DNA of 63,698 bases, filler included, from Reticulomyxa filosa (GCA_000512085.1; 26 parts of 26 records of this genome joined end to end with filler, not necessarily neighbours in it); one strand, 5' to 3'. Shown: positions 37,883-51,371, numbered from the whole stretch's first letter. Numbers and translations are program-made. The notes: generated by a model from the letters alone, not told the origin.

Positions 37883-38778
37883 ATGATAAAGCCCGACAAA
37901 ATTTCTCCAATACAATCAACAAACCAAGGGACTTTGGATGAGCCAGTATCTGAAACTATTGTTAAGTTTGCAGTCGAACTGTGTTTTTTTTTTTGTAATT
38001 GAAGAAGAAAACACAAAAACAGTTACGAGACTTAAGAAGAATCGGTTTTAGGATCCGACATGTATTGATGCCATTTTCAACTGACAAAGATCTGAGAAAC
38101 TGTTAGTCTTACTTACGTCCTCTCTCTTTTTTTTTTTTTTGATGAGACCACGAAACATTGCACTTGCAATATCCAAACAGGGGACTTGTGGGGACCTCTG
38201 GTGTTGTGTCTCGCACTTGCATGGTATGTGTGAACTTGTGAAAAGGGTAGAGAAAAGTGAGACCCCCTTTTATATATGTACATATATGTGTATATGCATA
38301 TATAAAAGCACGATGAGTTTCGGACAATCGGATAAAGATGCAGCGATAGTATTTACGGCAGTATTCGTAATTGTGTGGTGTGGCGCAGGTGTCGTTACAC
38401 TGAATGCAGCTTTGCTGGGAGGAAAAATGTTAAGTGTCAGTATGCATATTAATTTTGTTTTCTGATCGTGATTGTAGTAATAATGGAATACATCTAACCG
38501 GAATAAAACTAAACAAATAAACAAACAACAGCTCGTTTTTTCAAAGCGTTTGTGTGTTGGGATATTGCTTGTTTCCATTAAATTTGGTATCAATAATCAA
38601 TTGGATGCTGAAGAGCCATCTCATGAAGGCTCTCATGGTTTTGGTCGCTTTTGTGTGGGCAGTCAAAGCCTCGGTTGGATTCATGGCACAGTTCACTCCT
38701 GAAGCGAAAAAAGCTCTTGGATTGTATCCCGTCTTTTTATTTTATGTCACGCTTTCTTGGATGGTCTTAGCACAATAA
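37883..38778 (+). CDS. YIPF6: Yip1-domain protein (YIPF6-like), 5 exons (introns 37961-38022, 38102-38180, 38224-38308, 38429-38531)
   Basis: Spliced product: TLDEPVSETILRDL...LRNWDLWGPL...[35 protein letters not shown]...YPVFLFY. Confidence 0.9.
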
Positions 38779-40227
38779 TAATCTTCACACAAAAAGACTA
38801 CCTTTCTTAGACATTAAATTTTCTTTTTTTTTTTAGTGTCGCACAATTTTTTTTATTTGTCTTAATTTAGAATGAAATCTTTGTTTGGTGAAGATGACAT
38901 ATCCATTGGACCTTCTTACTTTTTTGGCACGTAACATATGATCAATCACATAAAATATATTTCCAATCAATTTTACGTTTTAAATATTATTTACCATTCG
39001 CTGGTCCGTTTCATCAATAATTCACTGTCTTGCTATAGTGTCTTTGTGAAAAAAATACTCCAGTTTGTCTTCCTTTATTGTAAATGATCATAAGTTATTT
39101 AGCTGTCATTTGCTGTTTGCTATCGACAATCAATACATCGGAACTTAAATTTTTTTCTTCTTCAACAATTGGCACTGTTTTCTTAAATACAGAACTGAGA
39201 AATAAAGGAATTTTTCTATTATTTGAATTTAATACTTTGTCAATTAATTTTTAATAATATCATAACAAATAAATTTTTCGGCATATCTAACAAGTTTTTG
39301 ATAAAAAATGTATAATTGTATTTAATTTAAAAATAAACATTTATTTTATAAAAAGTGTCACACATGTGCTAATTTTGCTATAGACCTTATATATATTTAG
39401 ATTTAATAGTTCGTTTTATTATATTTTATGTGGAAAAAACTGTTGTTGTCAAGAGAAATTTATTATAAATGTTTTTTATTTTATTTTTTAAATTGAATAA
39501 TTAAACATTGTACTATTTTCATTTTATATGAATCGCACTTTTTATTTTGAAAAAAATTATTTTTATATGAAATCATTTAAAAATTTCAAATTATAATTTT
39601 AACATTCTTTTTTTCATTACATTTGTATAATTTCGTCATAACAAACAAGACAATCATGCAATTTCAACACATATTTAGGCTGTTCTCAGTTTATAAGACT
39701 ATTTAGCAAATGAAATAAAGCATTTTAGTCAATTGTACATAATTGGACAAGAGAATAAATGATAAACAAGCACTTAAAGGCGTGTTCATTTAACAAATAG
39801 AATAACAATGATTTCTTGCCTCGTAATGTTTTATTAATTGTGGCTTTCGCGTGTAAGAATGGATGACAATCAAAAAATTGGAAAAATTTGTTGGCTTTTT
39901 GTTTTGATATATTTGTGATTTATCATTCAAATATTAACCTTTTTTTGTATACGTATCGATTGAATCTAACAATTGCTCAATAATATAACGAGGGTATTCA
40001 ATTTCATAAGCTGCATGGACAGACTGTTTTTTTTTTTGCAATTCATAGTCTCAATCAAGACGGTTTACCAATATTTTGGTGTCTAATTACTATATTTTTT
40101 GCATCGTCTTTACAGTGTTTAGAAGATNNNNNNNNNNNNNNNNNNNNNNNNNNNNNNNNNNNNNNNNNNNNTTAATTAATTAANNNNNNNNNNNNNNNNN
40201 NNNNNNNNNNNNNNNNNNNNNNNNNNN

Positions 40228-43200
40228 TTTTCAAGCAATGGATCCAATCACGATCATAACGTCAGGTGACATGAAAGAGGAACATGCGCAACGGCAGAAA
40301 ATCCTTGAGCGTGATAAACTGAATTCTTGCTGTTCGAGTACGCTCTGATTTCAATGACAATACCACCACCAGACATTTCGTTAGTTGGAATCATTGAAAG
40401 GTCCGTCCCTTAGAACTACCATTTTTTTTTGAGTGGCAGTCTTGTCAATAGAAGACTATTCCACTTCTTGCATCCGAGTGATTCGACTTTTTTGTTAACC
40501 GAACAATTCGTTCACATCCACAGTGACAAGGTCTTTGAGAGGGAGGGGGAGAGCATAATACAATCGACTGCTGACATTGACAACACATTGAAGTAATTCA
40601 TTGCTTTGTTTTGTCAAATGGTGGATCCACTTTTGAATTGTGGATCCAATTATCGACTGACACGATGTCGTTGCTTTTTGTTACAAATGATACAGCATTG
40701 CTCTTCCACGCACACCAAATCAAAGTTGCTGAAATACAGCGACGGCACCCAAATATTTGATCACACAATATCAGCCCAATGTATCGAAACAATTGACTAA
40801 TAAGTAGAATGGAATATGGACTGCGTTTTGTCGTCATTATCATTTTAATCATCATTGGACATTATCACACCAGTCAAACAGCTTCCATTTGAAGTCTCGG
40901 AATACTCTTTTTTCTTTTCATCCACGATATTTTCCGACTACCAAGTCCATCTGCTATTGTCATCATCCTTGTGATGATGGACACATCTTGGCCTTGTCAA
41001 ATGAACGTATGGTCATGGACGCGAGTATTTTGAATAACGATCATTATCCAACGTTCGGATTGACGATCCAATGGGTGAAATTTTTTTTTTTTTTTCCATT
41101 ATTGATTGTATTTATTGTTGTCATTGTTTTTGGTATGATCTTCATTTTTCTTGCTCTTTTGCGTGCCATGGCTCAGCTTGATTTTTGAGTTTGCCAAAGG
41201 TCATCACGCATCCTTGCGTTTCGATTGTTGGTTCTACGCCATAAAATTGGCGCCAATTTCCACAACGATCGAGTTTAACTTATTCGCTGGCGCCGTCTTT
41301 CTAATGCTTCGGGTTTCCACTTGTATTGTCACACTTGTTCAGCAGCTTCCATTGAATTCAATCATACCTTTGTAATATTGGATGAACGGTGACTGGAGGA
41401 ATTAGCAGTTTTCTGTCATATTGGTGCTTTGAACATTTCTTGGAATGTCAGCATGTTTTAATGCAAGTCCTTGCGCTATAAATCATTTTGATCTTTTTGA
41501 GACAGTTCGGATATTGCATCGTCGATATCGATTTCTTCAAAGATTCATTATCCGTTCACCTAACGATGCCGAACTCGAAGTTGTGGATATCCTCTTCGCG
41601 ATTATAATTGACAAAGCGTCATTTCAGTAATGTAATCTAAACACAAGTCGACTTGCTCACATTTCGAGTATTGGAAAAACCAATCTCCTTTGGTGGATTT
41701 GCTCACATGACGATCAGTGGTCACTCACCATGCCGATGCTTTTGTAAGCTCCTAGTAGGGTTTCGTAACTTCACATTATGGACATCGTCGTTTCAAATAT
41801 TGAAGACTCGGGATCATCGTTGCTGCGACATCCTACTTCTTTCACAAACAATCATCGCTTTGATGGACGTGTAAAGTAATGTATTCCGTTCAATGCTGAA
41901 GGATGAGCAAGTTATGCCATGTCAGTGATTCACACTGAAGTGCTTTGTTCGTTGATCTCGGCGTTTATCGATTCTCCGATCCACACTCGATCTCGAGAAC
42001 ATATATTTCTCCTCCATCCGTATCTTCAATGTCTTTTTATGTATCCATGACGTCCACTGTTCAATTTCAATGCTGTATTTTGAATGTCATTTTCGTTGCT
42101 TACATGTTTTCGCACAAATATATCGCGTCCAGGTCTTTTTTTTTATTTTTAAAAAGATAATTTAATTTTTGTTTTGTTCATTTGTCTTCCTATCTCTTTT
42201 ATCTCAATGGCCATTAACAAATAATAACAAACCTGAAGCGTTTCATTCGACTGTACCCACTCATTGGTATCTTTAGGTATTTTTCATCTAGCTCAATGTC
42301 GTATACGTTCTCTCCGTCCGTATCGTATTTTCTATTTTTCCAAATTTCAAAGTCCAGCATTGCATATCGTTTAAAAAAAAAATGGTCAGATTAACTACTT
42401 TTTTTTTCATGTCAATCTGCGCTCGTTTGTTCAATACTGTGTTTGCGTTCTTTCCTTTTGTTGTCACTGTGGCCTGTCGCTCTGGTTTCCACTTCTGGAA
42501 TCGATTGAATGGTGGCAATTGAACTTCGTTTGACAAAAATATCTCTTCCTTTGGGCACTGTATTTTACACCCGAATCAAGTCATTCTAAATTAATATACG
42601 TCTTTTGGCTTTAAGCAAATATTACACAACAAAAATAAGACAAAAAAAAAACACCTGAAAGTATCAACATTTGTTGACACGCCATCATGAACCCAGAAAT
42701 CCATACGTCTATAAAGAAAAGACAAAATATCATTACATATAAAAAAATTGTTTCTAAAAAAACAAATCTAGTTCAATAACAATAACTTTGCCCTAGGAAA
42801 AAGGAGGATAACCAATGTATTTGACAATACCTGTTGTCTTCATTGACGAAGATTATGCGATTATTGGCTTGAATGATTTCAATTGAGAGGATCGTATTTG
42901 AGGTTTTCGGACAGCAATGGCGATTGCGGAGGTCGTTATCGTTGTTATCGTCAGTTTGCTTTCCTAATCAAAATAAAATCCAACAATAATCAAGTATTTT
43001 TTTTTCTAAAAACAAATAGATAAATCATACAACTGTTTCTAGATTCTCCACAATGAAGTTTTATCAGGAGCGCACTAGAATACAATAAAATGAAATTAAA
43101 ACAAAACAACAGTAAATACACAAATAAATTGAACTAACTTGAAATAAATCTTTCTTCGCACAGTTCCATGATTGTGTTAGGATGCCAACTATCCAACTCA

Positions 43201-43450
43201 ATTTCAATAAATTTTTCATTTGAATACTCCAAATCGCCAACACATGTTTTGTTTCCCAATAATCGAAATCAAAATGGATCTCGATCGCCGATAGCCACGT
43301 CAACCAAATTCACCAACATGCCTTTGCGCATCCATGTCCGGCTTTGCTGTCTTTATCTCCGTCTTCGTCTTCGTCCCCATCGTCATTCGCTTCTGCTTCG
43401 CTTTCTCGTTCTTTGTCTCTTTGGACATTGCGCTTATGCGCATCTCTTAT
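40228..43450 (-). pseudogene. Large, heavily decayed gene relic of unknown family
   Basis: Coding-like composition and intron-like A/T blocks but no long ORF in any frame. Residual KGDWFFQYSKCEQVDLCLDY (ZZ/C1-like) near 41630-41700 and an acidic DDGDEDEDGD tract near 43350-43390. Confidence 0.5.
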
Positions 43451-43976
43451 AAGTGTGTGGGTAATTCACCCATTTTTTCTTTCATTTTTATACTTTTTTT
43501 TCTCTTTTTAATATTTTTTCCCCTCTTTTCATTTTTGTCTTTTTTTTTTCTTTTCCAACATTTTTGATCTTTTTTTTATCTTATTCTTAATTTTCACTAT
43601 TTTTCTTAAATAAAGTTTTTCACATTACACCTTTTTTTCACTCTATTTTCTTTCTATTCTTTTTTTTTCCCCCAAATTTTCCATCTCAGCAAAAATACAA
43701 AATAAAAAAATAAAATAAAATTTTTTTGCAACAAGGTGTCTTCAACCCCGAATTTTTCTTTGTGTGAGTTTGGAGTTGACATATAATTTTTTTTTGTGAA
43801 TAGACTGGTTACGGCTGTTAATAAAAAAAAAANNNNNNNNNNNNNNNNNNNNNNNNNNNNNNNNNNNNNNNNNNNNTTAATTAATTAANNNNNNNNNNNN
43901 NNNNNNNNNNNNNNNNNNNNNNNNNNNNNNNNTATATATATATATATATAATGTATAATAACATAACACAGTCGTA

Positions 43977-46900
43977 ATGGAATTTGTGTTGGATCAATTG
44001 CTCGTAAACTTGTTCGACAACTATTATATCGTACCTCACAAAATGCGAGCTTCGAATCTGCCACTGGCCAAACTGTTTGAACTAACTTGTGAAAAAGGGG
44101 TGCTGTCCGTGTCCACTCGCACGAACTTGGCGATGGCAGGTGGACAGGAGCGCTCACGGACGCAGTGGACGTTGAACATGGAACACAACTGCTTCCGGTT
44201 CGAATCGCATCAGTTCTTGACGCTGCAGAAGATCCACTTGGATGGTACCGAAAACAACATGACCGTCAAGGCCGTCGATGTAGACGGTGTTTGGGACGAA
44301 ATCCTCCAGCTGCAGTTGGTCGCCGTGATCAAGTCCATGGTTGCATCTGTGATTAATTTCAAACATGATTTATATCAATTGCAAATGGGTTACAATATAT
44401 ATATATATATATATATGTATACATACATATACATATACATATATATATATACATATATATATGTATATAGCTCCTTTTGCAAGGTATGAAAGCACAGTAC
44501 CATCGATATCCAGCTTCAAAAAAGAAAATGACTTGTGGCTGTTTCTGTCACAACGCTATCGAATGTTCAGTCAATTGGACCCTCCTCCACAAACGTTTGA
44601 AGCCAACATGCCGGCGCTGGTCAACTTTTATCAATGGTTCCATTTTACAAGAGCCCCTTATCTGCAAGACCGCTTCTTATGGGTGACGTTGGACATCGAA
44701 AACGTGGCCATCCGGCTTAATCTGTTCCAAGGGCTGTGCGCCAAGTTAACCGTCAAGTCGTTTCAGTCCAGTTTCATGCCCCACACTCTGGAAATCACCC
44801 ACGTGCGCATTTCGCTCAGGGACGAATCATCCTTGTTTTCCGATACATTCCACTCCGCGTACGATCTGGCGTCTATCCCAGATGTTTTGTTGTTTCAATG
44901 TGATGTATTTTCATTTGATCGAATTGGGTGTCAAGAGTTGATTCACCCATCAAAGTTTTGTTTACATATAAATAAATATAAATAAATAAATATATATATA
45001 TATATTTATTTATATTTCTTTATATTTCTTTATATTTATTGATGCATTAATTATGTAAAGATATGACGAGGAACTTCAATGCTTAGCAGAGTATCTGGAC
45101 ATCAACTGCAGCTTTACAAATTGCCATGTGCATCTCCCATATCAACTGCGCTTTGAAAGTGCGCCGTTGAATTGGCCATTGGTGTTGGAACGCGGCGGCG
45201 CATACGTGTCGGCGATAGTGCATTGCTGGAATCGACTAAAGACATTGCACCAGCTATCGACCGAGCGCGGGGGTCTGGGATATGTGAACCCGCCGTTAGT
45301 ATTTCCCGTGGTCGGCGTATGTGTGGAGATGGACGCGTTGTCGGTGACATTGGAAAACGAGCCTTTGGAGGGGTTTCTGTCGCAAATGAAGGGCGTGATG
45401 TTGGGACACTTGGCAGATCGCGAGTGCTATGGGCTGTTGGTGTCCAAGTCGAATGCCACCGAGGACTTTCTGTTCAAGCGTCATAAACGACAAGTCAAAC
45501 GTCTGTCGTTGACTAACACGTGCAAGCGTCTTTTGCACTTGGAGTGCAAGGATCTGACTGTTTTCATTTCCATGTATAGTCATCACAAGTCCAACTCTTC
45601 TTCTTCTTCTTCTTCATCTTCTTCTTCATCTTCATCTTCTTCCTCGTCCTCGTCTGCGTCCATAAATCACAACTCACTGCGTCCCGACTACGGCAATTTT
45701 TATGACAGCGACATGCTATGCGAAGCTCGGAGTGTATTGAATCCTGTCTCTTGTCTATGCCCTCCTTCGACAACTCCAATGTCCTCCCCTCTCGCTTGTC
45801 CCCTCCACGCCAATTCGGTCTCGTCTGCTTTGGATGGACGCTACTTTGTCATGGATGTCAAAACCGCCATCGTTTTTTTGAAAAACTTTGCCAATCCTCT
45901 GTTGCAATTGGCGGGCTGCTCCGTCGCCGGCGCCGTGGTCATCGAGACTCTTTCATCCTCTCCTGCCAAGCATTCTGTCAAATACAATACCGTTCCTTTG
46001 AATCATTATTTCTTTACTCAAAACAATCGCAAAGGTTTTGTTTATTTGTTTTTATCCTTTCTCTCTTTCTCTCTATCTCTCTCTCTCTCTTTATAAACAC
46101 ATATTTTATCCAACTCCAAATTTTTGGATAGAGCCACTTCTTTATTGAAACATATGCAAAATAACATACACGCACAGTGGCTCAGACGCTAGTGCACGTG
46201 CCGGTTGCACAACAGCAAAGCCAAGTAAAGTATTTTTACGACATGGATATCGCGGCGGGTCGACAGTTGACAGTGTCGTGGCATCCGATGTATATTTACT
46301 CGATATTGGATTGCATCTTGGCGATGACTCCAAAGGCGAGATCAGCAACGGAGAGACAGAGTGACAGCGGTGCAGCGAGCTATGTGGACGCACTCGTGAA
46401 CGGCAAGATCGGACTGGTCATTCACGATGTGAACGTGTATCTGTTGACAGATCCCTGGTATTTGATCAGCGGACGTCACAGCGGTGGTAATGGTAATGGT
46501 AATGGTAATGGCAATGGCAATGGTAATGGCAATGGTAATGGCAATGGTGGTGGTGAAGACAAGTCCTTTAGCGATGCAAACGACAGATCCTTTCAAAGCG
46601 AACTGGGGGCGATCCACAAAGATCCGTTGTGGCTGCACGTGCATATGGATCACTTCCATCTATCCAACGACAAGCTGCTCATTTCCATGCAGTCCAAGCA
46701 GTTGGAGGTCACCACTGTCGAACACGTGCGTTACGTCGATCAGTACTCACCTTTGATCGAAGTGCCATCCATCCAATGTCGTTTGGTGCTTAACCAACAC
46801 AGTCCCATTGACACCAAAGGAAAGCAAGTTAATTCCAATGCCAATGCCAATACTAATGTTAATGTTAATGCTAATGGTAATGCTAATGCTAATGTTAATG

Positions 46901-47047
46901 CTAATGCTAACGGTAATGGTAATGCTAATTCTAATGCTAATGCTAATGCTAATGCTAATGCTAATGCTAATGCTAATGTGGATGAGATCGGTGCTGATGT
47001 TTCAAATCAAACGGAGTGGAAACAACCGGATAACTGCATACATTCCA
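43977..47047 (+). CDS. Bridge-like lipid transfer protein BLTP2/FMP27/KIAA0100/SABRE family, internal fragment (introns 44389-44470, 44955-45060, 46035-46177)
   Basis: Collinear family-like motifs: LENEPLEGFL, LKNFANPLLQL..CSVAGAVVIE, KYFYDMDI....LTVSWHP, LVNGKIGLVIHDVNVYLLTDPW. Beta-rich; poly-Ser, (NG)n and (NA)n inserts. Confidence 0.65.
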
Positions 47048-47990
47048 NNNNNNNNNNNNNNNNNNNNNNNNNNNNNNNNNNNNNNNNNNNNTTAATTAAT
47101 TAANNNNNNNNNNNNNNNNNNNNNNNNNNNNNNNNNNNNNNNNNNNNGATTTAAAAATTGCAATATAAGCTTAGGTTTAAATAAATTACTTAGAATTTGG
47201 AACTAGAATTCAAAACACAAATCACATTCTAAGAAAAATCTGTCGACTGCAAAAAAGTTCATTTCTTTTTGGAGGGAAATACATTTTGTATTACCTTGCA
47301 GAAGCGAAATGCTATCAATTGATCAAGACTATGCAAATATTCAAAAGTAAAATAGCATGAATTATCAATAACTTGTACGATTTAAATATAGCCTCACCAA
47401 TAGAATCAATTAAATTAGGATTGCTGTTTATATTATTAAGCTGTGTTTAATGATTATTCCAATTTTTTTTGATAAACTTCAAGATAATATCGACGAATGT
47501 CATGCAAAATTTCAATACCGAATTTTTTTAAAGAGTTGTTGTAATTGAAAAATAGTGTTGTATTTTACAATGCTGGAATAAACAATACTGAGATGTCTAC
47601 TTGTTTTAAGGGATTACTGGTAGTCTCCAAAAGAGATGCAATAATTCACATCAATTATTTTGTATTTAAAAAACTCTTTTTAGACAATAAATGCAAATCT
47701 TTTGTTTCTTACTTCTTCTGTTGGAAGCCTAGTTTCAACGAAACTTGAAACTTAACCAAAAACAAAAAGAATAAAAGAGTAAGTTACTATTGATTTACCT
47801 TTATTGTGTAAAACGGTCATATAATTATTTTTTTTTAGTGTGCTCTTGTAATAATCCAAAGAGTTGAATTATTTTATTTGTGGGAAATGATTCAGTATTG
47901 TACATCACTGAGCGATGAAAAATTTATTTCATTTAATTCGTTCAAAAGAAAAATTAATCATTCAAAAATTTTTGTTAGTAAAAAATGATA

Positions 47991-48180
47991 TTACCCCCAA
48001 ATGTGAATAGTACCTTTATATAAACCATAACACAAGCTAACAAGATCATCATTGTTGTTGATACTCTTTAGTGGTAAAAATGTAAGGCAATATATTCCAC
48101 CATGTTCATTATCTCCATTGATAACATACAATTCACTCTTGTTTGATCGAATATCCCAAAAACGAATTGTTCTATCCATT
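47991..48180 (-). CDS. WD40-repeat protein, C-terminal end
   Basis: DRTIRFWDIRSNKSELYVING...GIYCLTFLPL...LCYG...GTIHIWG*. Confidence 0.8.
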
Positions 48181-48366
48181 NNNNNNNNNNNNNNNNNNNN
48201 NNNNNNNNNNNNNNNNNNNNNNNNTTAATTAATTAANNNNNNNNNNNNNNNNNNNNNNNNNNNNNNNNNNNNNNNNNNNNTTTTTCCCCCTTTTTTTTTT
48301 TTTTTTTCGCAAAAAAAAAAAAAAAATAATAATAATGCATTTTTTTTTTTTTGCGAAAAAAAAAAG

Positions 48367-49601
48367 GTTCCTGGAATCAGCCCAGCAAAGGCAAAGAAAA
48401 TTAAAAAAGTAGGAGTAATCGGATGCGGAACAATGGGAGGAGGCATTCTGATGAACTTTGTTCAAATCGGAATCCCTGTAGTGGTGCTGGAATCCAAGCA
48501 AGAGTTCTTGGACAACGGCATGGCCATCATCAGACGCAATTGGATGTCCAGCGTCAAAAAACGCAAACTCAGTCCAACGACCTTTGAAAAGTACATGTCA
48601 ATGATCAAACCCACCACCCAATACAAAGACTTTAGCGATGTTATTGCGTACAACAAAAAAAACATATAAACGTAGAATTTTTTTTTTTTTTTTGGAACTT
48701 TCTATTTTTTTATTTTTTTTATTAAAATGTTATTTCTTTTTTTTTTTTGTTAAAAAAAAAAAAAAGGTGGATTTGGTGATTGAGGCCGTATTTGAGAATA
48801 TGAAGATTAAGAAAGAAGTGTTCCGCAATTTGGATGCGGTATGCAAACCCTCATGCATACTGGCAACCAACACGTCGTTTTTAGACGTTGGTGAAATCGC
48901 CAAATCGACCTCGCGTCCGCAAAAAGTGGTTGGCACTCATTTCTTTGCTCCTGCCAATGTGATGCAGCTGCTTGAAAATGTTCGCCACCCTGGAACGGAT
49001 GAAGAGACCATTGCCACGGTGCAAGAGCTGGCCAAACAGATTAAAAAGAAAGGCGTGCTTGTCAAAGTGTGCGAAGGGTTTGTTGGAAATCGTATGTTTG
49101 GGGTCGAACAGATTGAAGTGTTACGTGTCGTATTGGAAGGAGCCACACCTCAACAAGTTGACAGTGTCATGTACAAGTTTGGATGGGCTATGGGACCTTT
49201 TCAAGTTGGTGATTTGTCAGGTTAAGTGATGTTCATTCGTTTAAATTGTATTTGCATTTATTTTTTTTTTCCCCACCCCACTAAGTCTTGTCTTGTGTTT
49301 GTCAATGATCGAATAAAAGGCAATGATATTGGCTATCGTCGCCGTGATGAGTTGGGATTGGTGGAAAAACCTTTTAATGGACCATTGGGTGAATACAGCC
49401 CATTCTTTGTGACGGACAATTTGGTCAAACAATACAACCGACTTGGTTTGAAAACTGGAAAGGGATGGTATGACTATGAAGACGGTCAGCGAAAACCAAT
49501 CCCTTCCAAACAAGTGGAGGAATTGATTATTGCCTCGTCCAAGGAACGAGGAATTACTCGTCGCAAAGTAAGCGATGAAGAAATATTGGAACGTATCATG
49601 T
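48367..49601 (+). CDS. 3-hydroxyacyl-CoA dehydrogenase domain (bifunctional beta-oxidation enzyme-like), internal fragment (introns 48640-48766, 49221-49319)
   Basis: VGVIGCGTMGGGI Rossmann motif; DLVIEAVFE...KKEVF; ILATNTS; GTHFFAPANVMQLLE; GFVGNR; MGPFQVGDLSG; RLGLKTGKGWYDY. Confidence 0.92.
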
Positions 49602-51371
49602 NNNNNNNNNNNNNNNNNNNNNNNNNNNNNNNNNNNNNNNNNNNNTTAATTAATTAANNNNNNNNNNNNNNNNNNNNNNNNNNNNNNNNNNNNNNNNNNN
49701 NTACTGTGAAAAGCATAGATTATTTTAGGACCAATTCCGGTCTTTTTACGACACTCCTACACCAATAGGAACAGTGATAGATAAAAAAATTTGGGGTTTT
49801 TTAAAACCATTTTTATTAGAGTAAAACATAAAAACATTAAAATTGTAATTAATGTTTGCATGTTAAGTCACTACGTTAGAGCAAATTTTTTTTATTAATT
49901 GGTGAAATTTGGTGTAAATTTGTTGATTTGTTGCAAAGTGTATTTGATGATGTGTTTGCATTTTTTATTTGTTTAAGGAGTGATTCCAACGTTGGTTGCA
50001 TATTTGTTAACTTTTTTTTTTTATGTGACAATTTGCGTTGATTGTTGTGATTTTTTAAAAAATAGCATTTAATTATTAACAATGTTTTTTTTTTATTCCG
50101 TAATTGTGCAAAGGTATAAATTTTGCGTTTGGTGTTATTATTGAACGTATTCGATTTAGTGTTAATTGTGTTATCGTTAGCAAATTGGTTGAAGTTGCGC
50201 AGCAGTGTAGTGTCCCTTTAACAAAGCCATTCAAGGACAAATTTTTCAGATTTAGTCTAATTTAATGATGCAGCAGTCAGCCTTTCTTTTATTGTCAAGC
50301 ACAAACTTATTGAAGTGGAAAAGGTTAGACAATTTTGTACTGACGTTTGCAGGTAAAGTGGACCTTTTTTTAGTTCAATATTTGATGGATATTTTGTCCT
50401 TCCAAATTGAATCAAGCGCATTTACTAATTGTCTAAGGTAATTAAATGAAACATGCTATCTTAATTGCATACGAAGAAGTCTCATTATAATTACCAAGTT
50501 TGACAGAACCAGTATAATAGAAATTGATTTTTTTTTCAGAAATCGGCAGGGACAATAATTATAACGAAGCACATGAACGAAATACGTGCGGTAGGGTCAA
50601 TCTATTATGAATTGACATCAAAGAAAGCATAAAGATCTTCACGTACTGGCTCAAAGTAATGTTATTTTATTAAGAGACTGCGTCCATCAAGATTGACTGT
50701 ATACTAACAATTGTGTTAGCAGATACATTAAAATCTTCACTGACGACCCTGTTGACGGTATGACACTATGCGTATCACAACATTGTATCTTCACTTCTCT
50801 TTCATTCTTATTAGCAGTACTAAACAATTTAAAAATCTTTTATGGATTTAACACAATCACAAACAATGGTACTGTTATTAAAAAATTAACTACAATTATC
50901 AAAATAAATTACTTGTTAAAGCCATTTCGATAGCACAAATTCCATAATTAAACTGCCAGAATATATACTATAAAAACACAAAAGATCATTGACAAATTCA
51001 AAATTTACATAAATCCGACCATTAAATTTAACGGGNNNNNNNNNNNNNNNNNNNNNNNNNNNNNNNNNNNNNNNNNNNNTTAATTAATTAANNNNNNNNN
51101 NNNNNNNNNNNNNNNNNNNNNNNNNNNNNNNNNNNGGATCTTGTCCTGTCATTCATTAGAGATATATATGTGCGTTACCAATAAGGGTAGGGTTCTTTTT
51201 TTTTTTTTTTTTTAACAGGTATACATTAAATATATACATATATATAACATATACACATATATATATACATATATATGTGTATATGTTATATATATGTATA
51301 TACGTATACAAATATATAATATATAAACATAAAAATTAATACAAATAAATAAACAAATGAATCACTAAACC

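Noticed and set aside
46484-47047. Alternative-frame ORFs such as MVMVMVM..., MLMLML... and antisense Ile/Leu/Phe-rich ORFs
   Set aside because: Shadow frames of coding microsatellites and homopolymer introns.
49702-51035. Possible retrotransposon remnant
   Set aside because: Decayed coding-like sequence on the - strand, but no RT, endonuclease or gag motif could be recognised.
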